DNA of 29,418 nucleotides from a virus (Duplodnaviria; Caudoviricetes): positions 1 to 29,418 of IMG/VR virus record IMGVR_UViG_3300016466_000209; one strand, written 5' to 3'. Positions within the stretch are counted from its first letter, which is position 1; the number at the start of each line of letters is the position of its first letter. The notes under the pieces were generated by a model, which searched no databases, was not told where the DNA came from, and saw nothing but the letters and a program-made list of their open reading frames with translations. Of the stretch, positions 23,389-29,418 are shown in pieces. The position numbers and the translations under genes were made by a program.

Positions 23389-24642
23389 ATGCCCGACACG
23401 AAGATCACAGCACTTACGGCACTGACTGCGGCTGATCCCGCGAATGATGTGCTTCCGATTGTCGATGTGAGTGACACGACAATGGCGGCTTCTGGTACTA
23501 CCAAGAAGATCAGCATCAACAATGTTCTCGGCGCATCCGGCACCGCCACGCTCGCCTCCGCCACCATCAGCGGCGACCTGACGGTGGATACCTCGACGTT
23601 GAAGGTGGACAGCACGAATGATCGTGTTGGAATTGGAACCGCTTCACCCGCTCAATTTGTTCATCTCTCAAAGTCTAACACTTCGACTGCGCTGACTTCA
23701 CCTCCTGTTGGTGGAGCCAGCTTGCGAATCCAGAATACAAGCAGTACTAACAACAACTTCGGATCGGTTGAGTTCTACAATGCTGCTGGTTTGTTTGGTG
23801 GGTCTGTAAATTGCCAATTCACCAATCAAGCGACTCCTACAAACGATCTTGTTTTCGTCACGCGTGGATCGTCCGGTGGTCTTGAGCATTATCGCATTGC
23901 CGCTGACGGTGTTTGCACTTGGTCAGAAGTCGGCGGCGTTGCTGGCACCGCCATGACCCTGAACTCGACCGGCTTGGGCGTGGGGGTGAGTCCTTCGTAC
24001 AAGCTGGATGTGCAGGGTGCTGACAACAGCATCATTGCTCAGTTCGGCGGAACAAGTCGGAAAGTCAATTTTACGACTTCTGCAAACGGAGGGTTTGCAA
24101 ACGGGTTTTTCAACTTCGTTTCGACCTCTTCAGTCGGTGCGTTTTCATTCCAAAACGCCAACGGAACGCATCTTATTATCGACTCCTCCGGCAACGTCGG
24201 CATCGGAGTTACGCCGAGTGCGTGGGCGGCAGCATCGAAGGCGATTGATGTTGATACTTATGGGGCAAATTATGCTATTGCAGCTGCGACACAGGTTGGA
24301 ATTAGCCGCAACTGTTACTACAACGGAACAAACTGGATTTACAAGCTAAACACAAGCGCGCAGCGGTTTGAACAAGATAACAGCGGTAGTTTCAAGTGGT
24401 TCACCGCTCCCTCCGGCACCGCTGGCAACGCCATCACGTTCACCCAAGCGATGACGCTCGATGCGTCGGGGAATTTGCTGGTGGGTCTTACCGCTGCCGG
24501 AACCACCGCTGCCAAGACCATCCAGATTGCCGACGGAACCGCTCCGACTGCGAACGTCGCCGGTGGCCAACTCTACGTCGAAGCCGGTGCGCTGAAGTAC
24601 CGTGGAAGCTCCGGCACCGTCACCACGCTCGCCAACGCCTAA
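23389..24642 (+). CDS. Tail or head fibre / receptor-binding protein
   Basis: [11 protein letters not shown]-terminus; repeated RVGIG/GNVGIG/AMTL..SG units typical of trimeric beta fibres. Confidence 0.8.
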   Translation: MPDTKITALTALTAADPANDVLPIVDVSDTTMAASGTTKKISINNVLGASGTATLASATISGDLTVDTSTLKVDSTNDRVGIGTASPAQFVHLSKSNTSTALTSPPVGGASLRIQNTSSTNNNFGSVEFYNAAGLFGGSVNCQFTNQATPTNDLVFVTRGSSGGLEHYRIAADGVCTWSEVGGVAGTAMTLNSTGLGVGVSPSYKLDVQGADNSIIAQFGGTSRKVNFTTSANGGFANGFFNFVSTSSVGAFSFQNANGTHLIIDSSGNVGIGVTPSAWAAASKAIDVDTYGANYAIAAATQVGISRNCYYNGTNWIYKLNTSAQRFEQDNSGSFKWFTAPSGTAGNAITFTQAMTLDASGNLLVGLTAAGTTAAKTIQIADGTAPTANVAGGQLYVEAGALKYRGSSGTVTTLANA

Positions 24643-24654
24643 TCGAACACCACC

Positions 24655-25047
24655 ATGAACATCTCTTGGATCATCGAACGCCTTCTCGTTAAGCCGACCG
24701 AAGGCTCGCTCACCGATGTCGTCATCACCGCCGACTGGCGGTGCAACGGCACCGAAACCACCGGCTCCGGCGACACCGAGCAGACCTACAGCGGAACCTG
24801 CTACGGCTCCTGTTCGTTCGCGCCGCCGACCGATGCGTTCACTCCGTATCCTGACCTCACGCAGGATCAGGTTCTCGGCTGGTGCTACGCCAACGGAGTC
24901 GATCAAGCCGCGATTGAGGCCAACGTCACGCTCCAGATCCAGAACCAGATCAACCCGCCGGTTGTCGTGCTGCCGCTGCCGTGGGCGCCTCCCGCTCCGG
25001 TTGTGGTTGCCGATCCTGCCATCGTTGCCGATGCTCCCGCCGCATGA
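24655..25047 (+). CDS. Fibre-associated protein (possible assembly chaperone)
   Basis: W.I..L, VV..A.WRC.G, FTPY.DLT..QVLGW and LPW motifs, a family usually found after aquatic-phage fibres. Confidence 0.7.
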   Translation: MNISWIIERLLVKPTEGSLTDVVITADWRCNGTETTGSGDTEQTYSGTCYGSCSFAPPTDAFTPYPDLTQDQVLGWCYANGVDQAAIEANVTLQIQNQINPPVVVLPLPWAPPAPVVVADPAIVADAPAA

Positions 25048-25196
25048 TTGAAATCAAACTGACTCAGGAGCAGGCCAACCAACTGCTCCAGCTCATCGAC
25101 ATCAGCATCAAAGCCGGTGGCTACGCCAACGCGAAGGTGGCCGTTCCTCTGGCCGAGATAATCATCGCAGCCGCTCAGACACCCAAGCCCGAGTGA
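25044..25196 (+). CDS. Small hypothetical protein
   Basis: ATGA-coupled MIEIKLTQEQANQLLQLIDISIKAGG. Confidence 0.65.
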   Translation: MIEIKLTQEQANQLLQLIDISIKAGGYANAKVAVPLAEIIIAAAQTPKPE

Positions 25197-25199
25197 ACC

Positions 25200-25406
25200 A
25201 TGCCGCCCGTCGATACACACGACCTGGAGGTCCGCATCGTGAGGCTTGAAACCACCATCGGCGACAAGGACTCAGGTCTAGTCTCCGACATCCACGGCAT
25301 CAAAGCCTGCGTCGAAGGCCTCAAGCAGTTCCAATGGAAGCTGTTCGGCGGCCTCGCTGTTATCGTTGTTCTCGCCCAAATGTTCGTCCGACTCATACTG
25401 AAATGA
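25200..25406 (+). CDS. Coiled-coil protein with C-terminal membrane anchor (XhlA-like, lysis-associated)
   Basis: RIVRLE coiled coil followed by WKLFGGLAVIVVLAQMFV. Confidence 0.55.
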   Translation: MPPVDTHDLEVRIVRLETTIGDKDSGLVSDIHGIKACVEGLKQFQWKLFGGLAVIVVLAQMFVRLILK

Positions 25407-25570
25407 ACCCCAACATCGCCTCCCTCATCCGCCACGCCCTCACCGCCGCTGGCGGATTCCTTGTCGCCAAGGGTGTCGCCAGCACAGAGCAGGTGACCGA
25501 GATTGTCGGCGCCCTCCTGTCGCTGGTCAGCGTCGCCTGGTCGATCAAGAGCAACGCGAAGAAGGAATGA
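25403..25570 (+). CDS. Putative holin (Pam3-gp28-like)
   Basis: IRHALTAAGGFLVAKG...IVGALLSLVSVAWSI, two hydrophobic segments and a basic tail. Confidence 0.7.
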   Translation: MNPNIASLIRHALTAAGGFLVAKGVASTEQVTEIVGALLSLVSVAWSIKSNAKKE

Positions 25571-25746
25571 GCGCCGGCTGGATCTACCAGATCATCAAGG
25601 CATTCCTCGATTTCTTCCGAGAAACCCCGCCCACCGATGTCCAGCACGGCCAAGCCCCAAAGGCTCTCAAGGATGATCTGGCTGCTCGCGTTGCCGATCT
25701 TCCCGGCCTGCCAGCAGACGAAGGTGGTGCTGGTCCCAAGCGGTGA
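25567..25746 (+). CDS. Putative i-spanin-like protein (59 aa), not in the ORF track
   Basis: Read by hand: MSAGWIYQIIKAFLDFFRETPPTDVQHGQAPKALKDDLAARVADLPGLPADEGGAGPKR. ATGA-coupled to the holin and overlaps a lipoprotein gene. Confidence 0.45.
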   Translation: MSAGWIYQIIKAFLDFFRETPPTDVQHGQAPKALKDDLAARVADLPGLPADEGGAGPKR

Positions 25747-25870
25747 TCCCGTGATGCTGGCCAAACCAACCAAGGCCAGCGTATACGGCTTCGACAAAGA
25801 TCAGAAACTCGTGGGGCCATCCACCGTGACACTCCCTGCCGGTTGGTACGCTCTCCCGAAAACCAAGTGA
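25673..25870 (+). CDS. Putative lipoprotein / o-spanin-like protein
   Basis: IWLLALPIFPAC signal with a lipobox-like Cys. Start may be at 25637 or 25673. Confidence 0.55.
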   Translation: MIWLLALPIFPACQQTKVVLVPSGDPVMLAKPTKASVYGFDKDQKLVGPSTVTLPAGWYALPKTK

Positions 25871-25880
25871 TTCCAACGCT

Positions 25881-26324
25881 ATGTCAATGACCAACGCCGC
25901 CGAGGCGGATCTCCTCGATCTCATCTTCCTCAACGTGAACTGGGGACACATCGGCAACACCGGTGGCCTACAAGGTTCCACAGTCGCAGGTTCGTTCTAC
26001 GTCAGCCTCCACACCGCAGATCCCGGCGAGGCAGGAAACCAGAACACCAACGAGGCCACATACACCGGATACGCCAGAGTCGGCGTCGCCAGGTCCGGCG
26101 CAGGTTGGACACTCACCACGTCAACCATCAGTAACACCGCCCTCGTCCAGTTCGCTCAATGCACCGGCGGCTCAAACACACTCACCCACTTCGGCATCGG
26201 CACTGATAGCGGGTCCGGAGCCGGCAACCTCCTATTCATTGGCGCACTCACCTCCTCCCTCTCTGTCTCCAACGGTATCCAGCCGCAGTTCGCCGCAGGT
26301 GCCCTCACCGTCACCGTTGATTGA
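25881..26324 (+). CDS. Phage tail-associated structural protein
   Basis: YVSLHTADPGEAG..NE..YTGYAR...THFGI...GNLLF.GAL motif of minor tail proteins. Confidence 0.75.
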   Translation: MSMTNAAEADLLDLIFLNVNWGHIGNTGGLQGSTVAGSFYVSLHTADPGEAGNQNTNEATYTGYARVGVARSGAGWTLTTSTISNTALVQFAQCTGGSNTLTHFGIGTDSGSGAGNLLFIGALTSSLSVSNGIQPQFAAGALTVTVD

Positions 26325-26328
26325 TCAT

Positions 26329-26487
26329 GTGGACTACTTCTGCCCCCATTGTTTGCGGCAGTTGTGGCCGCTCGATGACAACCCCTCCTACCACGTCTGC
26401 GGGGAACATCCAGACGGCGTTCCACAAGCTGATCTAGTCCCAAGAAACCCAGAACCAGAGCAAGACTCATGGGTTTCAATGGAATAG
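26329..26487 (+). CDS. Small Cys/His protein
   Basis: VDYFCPHCLRQLW...HVCGEHPDG fills the gap between two structural genes. Confidence 0.5.
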   Translation: MDYFCPHCLRQLWPLDDNPSYHVCGEHPDGVPQADLVPRNPEPEQDSWVSME

Positions 26488-27317
26488 TACCTCTCGCAGA
26501 AGCAGCGAGCTGGCAGTCGTTCTTCTTCAAGACAAGCGTTCCATTCGGAACGGCATCTCGCTGGTACGACGCATCCATCGGCGCAGGCATACCAGTCTAT
26601 CAAGCCTACGTCGGAACACAGTACGAAGGGACTCTGCTCACAGGTGAGTCCAACCGAGGAATCTACACAGGCCCAACACCATCAGCAGGCCAGACCAAAC
26701 ACCTCTTCGCGCTGTCAGCAGGAACATCCACAGCATCAGTCCCATTGACCATGCTGTTGGCCGACTACCTCATGTTCTATCCGCTGATCGACATGGATTC
26801 GCTCGATCCGCAGGACATGAGCAACCCAGTCAGCATCTCCAGATACACCTCAGGTGAAGGCGTCCAGGCCTACTTCGTTGTGGCAGCTCCAATGACAGGA
26901 AACGGGACGGTAACCGTCACATACACCAACAGCGCTGGAACAGCCAACAGGACAACCACATTCGGGATAACCTTCAGCGGAACCATCGGAACCATCGTCA
27001 ACAACTCCAACTCAACGCTGGTCGCAGGAGCAGCCGCTCCGTTCATCCCGCTCGCCAACGGAGACAGAGGTATCCGAAGCATCCAAACCGTCACATGCAA
27101 CGCCAGCATGGGCGGCTTCTGTAACATCGTTTTGGTCAAACCGCTTGCAACACACCTCATCCGAGAGCAGAACACAGAGGCGGAAACCGTGTTCTTCACA
27201 AGCAAGGCCAACTGTGTGCAGATCCAAAACGGTGCCTATCTGAACTTCATCGCACTCAACAACACCGCAACGACATTCGCGCCACTTCGCGGATTCTTGC
27301 AATTCACCTGGAACTGA
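26469..27317 (+). CDS. Putative structural protein, paralogue A
   Basis: Thr/Gly/Ser-rich beta protein sharing motifs with 27320-28201. Confidence 0.75.
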   Translation: MGFNGIVPLAEAASWQSFFFKTSVPFGTASRWYDASIGAGIPVYQAYVGTQYEGTLLTGESNRGIYTGPTPSAGQTKHLFALSAGTSTASVPLTMLLADYLMFYPLIDMDSLDPQDMSNPVSISRYTSGEGVQAYFVVAAPMTGNGTVTVTYTNSAGTANRTTTFGITFSGTIGTIVNNSNSTLVAGAAAPFIPLANGDRGIRSIQTVTCNASMGGFCNIVLVKPLATHLIREQNTEAETVFFTSKANCVQIQNGAYLNFIALNNTATTFAPLRGFLQFTWN

Positions 27318-27319
27318 TA

Positions 27320-28201
27320 ATGGGCTTCTCATCCATGGATGATCTCGTCAACGAGATCACGACGAACGGAAAGTTCAATCGAACCGATTGGAACAAGATC
27401 ACCGGCGGCTCAGCTTACACCGCTGGTCGGTGGTACGACTTTTCTGGTCTAGGCGGCACTCCCATCGCCAATGCTTGGGCGGGAACTTCACTTGCCTGGA
27501 CTTCATGTAATGAATCCACCGGAAACGGAACCCAGATCTTCGGGTTGCCCCACGGCGGGAATGTCAGCACAGACACCAAGCACATCCTCAACGTTTCCGC
27601 GGTCACAGCCGTTGCCACAGGCGTCCCATCCCAGCTCATGCTCGTGGACCTGCAAGGCTACTGGCCGGGCATCTCCAACAACTCCGCCGTCGCCCAAACC
27701 CTCACCGGCACCCCAACCCTCCGCTACACCAACGGCGCAGGATGTCGCTTGTTCTGGGTCCAGACGGCTGCCGCCGGTGCTACTGCCCAGACCATCAGCC
27801 TCAGCTACTCGAACACCACTCCGACATCCGGTCGCTCTCTTCCCGTGACCGTTTCCATGACGGCTTCAGCCATCGTGGGCCACATCAGCCACAGCGGCAC
27901 GGCAGCCAACAACTACGGACCGTTCCTGCCACTCGCCTCCGGTGACACCGGAGTCAGCACCGTGGCAAGCGTCACGTTCTCAGCAGCCAATACCGGCACC
28001 GGAGCCCTCTGCCTCGCTCGCCCACTCCTGACGCTCCCGCTCACCACGGCTTCCGTTGCCGCCGAGCGCGATCTCCTGAACCAGCTCCCAAGCCTTCCTC
28101 GCGTCATCGATGGAGCTTGCCTCGTCTGGCTCTACTTCGCAGGAGCAGCGACCGGTGCCAACACCAATTTCTACGGAGCAGTCGAAGTTGGTTGGGGATG
28201 A
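27320..28201 (+). CDS. Putative structural protein, paralogue B
   Basis: Shares MGF start, RWYD, RYT.G.G, PF.PLA.GD.G and L..PL with 26469-27317. Confidence 0.75.
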   Translation: MGFSSMDDLVNEITTNGKFNRTDWNKITGGSAYTAGRWYDFSGLGGTPIANAWAGTSLAWTSCNESTGNGTQIFGLPHGGNVSTDTKHILNVSAVTAVATGVPSQLMLVDLQGYWPGISNNSAVAQTLTGTPTLRYTNGAGCRLFWVQTAAAGATAQTISLSYSNTTPTSGRSLPVTVSMTASAIVGHISHSGTAANNYGPFLPLASGDTGVSTVASVTFSAANTGTGALCLARPLLTLPLTTASVAAERDLLNQLPSLPRVIDGACLVWLYFAGAATGANTNFYGAVEVGWG

Positions 28202-28204
28202 TAC

Positions 28205-28897
28205 ATGGCCCTCAAGCAGAACACTTCAATCCTGTGCCAGTTGCCGCTTCGCCAGCGCGGCGGCGATCCCGGCACCCTGCGCTCCATGTGGGGACGCACG
28301 GACCTCAGGAATCAAAGTGTCGGTGAGGGAATATCGTCCGAACTCGCTGGCATACCATACGGTCACCTAGCCCCAAGCTCATGGAACCTCCCGTATCAAT
28401 CGGGAGCCATGTCGGCGTACACCTACGTCGGAGCCGGCTTCACCGTCAATCCGCTCAACCTCGCAGGAGGACGAGATGCAGCAGGCGCTTCGACGATCAC
28501 GTTCACAGTCGGTCCATCCCTGCTGGAACTCATCTCGTCGGCAATCGGAAGCTCAACCATCACCTTCACGGTAGGGCCGGCCACGCTTCCAGGCGCTCTG
28601 AACGCCACGGGATCCACAACGGCAACATTCACTGTCGGACCAGATACTCTCGGCGCAATCATCGACTTGTCTGGATCATCCTCCGTGCTGTTCACGGACA
28701 CCGGATCGACAACCGCCATCGGCGTACTTGCCGGTGACATCACCCCTTACACGACTTTGTCGCCGGAAAATCTTGCCGCAGCAGTCATCGCGGCCAGCCA
28801 GACGACACCCATCGTGGCAGATGCGAAGAATGTCGTTGGCAATTACAGGGACCAGTGGAGGATTCGGTCCACTTACAAGAACAGATTGAGGTCATAA
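28205..28897 (+). CDS. Putative structural protein with TITFTVGP repeats
   Basis: Three copies of (S/T)T.TFTVGP..L. Confidence 0.7.
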   Translation: MALKQNTSILCQLPLRQRGGDPGTLRSMWGRTDLRNQSVGEGISSELAGIPYGHLAPSSWNLPYQSGAMSAYTYVGAGFTVNPLNLAGGRDAAGASTITFTVGPSLLELISSAIGSSTITFTVGPATLPGALNATGSTTATFTVGPDTLGAIIDLSGSSSVLFTDTGSTTAIGVLAGDITPYTTLSPENLAAAVIAASQTTPIVADAKNVVGNYRDQWRIRSTYKNRLRS

Positions 28898-28898
28898 T

Positions 28899-29418
28899 AT
28901 GGGAACACCACTCACAGGCAGCACGGTCGCATCGACCTACACCGCGCTCCTCAAGACCACGGATAACGCGGTTCTCACTGCGTCTCTTCGAACCATCAGC
29001 GATGGCGGCGGAAACGATTCCGCGCTCCAGATTTCATCCGCAGGAGTGGCCAGCACCGGAACCCTGGCGGTCACCGGAGCGACCAACCTTTCGTCGCTCA
29101 CGACCAGCGGCAACGCGACCATCGGCGGAAACCTGAACGTCACCGGGAACATCACGCTCACAGGCAACCTGTCCGTCCCTGGAACCCTGTCGTCCACCGG
29201 CGACTTCGCGGTCAATACCAACAAGTTCAATGTCGCCGCCTCCAGCGGGAACACATCGGTCGCAGGCACTCTTGGCGTCACCGGAGCCACAAACCTTTCC
29301 AGCCTCTCCACAAGCGGTGCTGCCACGGTCGGAACCACTCTCGGAGTGACCGGGAACTTCTCGGTCAACAGCACCCAATTCACCGTCGCCGCCGCCAGCG
29401 GTAACACCAACGTGGCCG
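28899..29418 (+). CDS. Fibre protein, truncated at the window end (not in the ORF track)
   Basis: MGTPLTGSTVASTYTALLKT... open to the end; repeats GTL.VTGATNLSSL.TSG and F.VN...F.VAA.SGNT.VA. Confidence 0.8.
   Translation, partial: MGTPLTGSTVASTYTALLKTTDNAVLTASLRTISDGGGNDSALQISSAGVASTGTLAVTGATNLSSLTTSGNATIGGNLNVTGNITLTGNLSVPGTLSSTGDFAVNTNKFNVAASSGNTSVAGTLGVTGATNLSSLSTSGAATVGTTLGVTGNFSVNSTQFTVAAASGNTNVA

Noticed and set aside
23389-29418. Diversity-generating retroelement or invertible fibre system
   Set aside because: No reverse transcriptase or invertase seen, and no TR/VR pair differing at adenines; the repeats are protein-level fibre repeats.
1-29418. Alternative genetic code or stop-codon reassignment
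   Set aside because: Core genes are intact in the standard code, and TAA, TAG and TGA all end genes at sensible positions.

Overview
This window is about 29.4 kb of a high-GC tailed dsDNA bacteriophage genome (Caudoviricetes, probably podovirus-like), open at both ends. On the + strand it begins with the tail end of the virion operon (a >1100-aa internal-virion-like protein). Next come a small HTH regulator, a recombination block (RecT-like annealing protein, RecE/DUF3799-like nuclease, SSB-like protein), an SF2 helicase, a RuvC-like resolvase, about a dozen small overlapping ORFs and an AEP-primase/AAA_25-helicase fusion. A central control region (~12.25-15.63 kb) holds a structured, repeat-rich non-coding block (candidate origin), two short minus-strand operons with recognisable sigma70 promoters and terminators, terS and a candidate pac site. 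Then follow terL, portal, scaffold, N4-gp56-like major capsid, fibre genes, a holin/spanin-like cluster and a cassette with two paralogous structural proteins. No integrase, DNA polymerase, endolysin, tRNA, rRNA or CRISPR array was recognised. The strongest unexplained signal is a mirror-image strand bias: + strand genes left of the control region are extremely C/A-rich and those right of it are extremely G/T-rich. The region between is enriched in CTAG and bracketed by inverted CCCCCCTAG motifs and hairpins, next to an IncQ-like primase-helicase. This suggests, by inference only, a plasmid-like strand-displacement or bidirectional replication system. All family assignments come from motif recognition by eye, and no searches were run.
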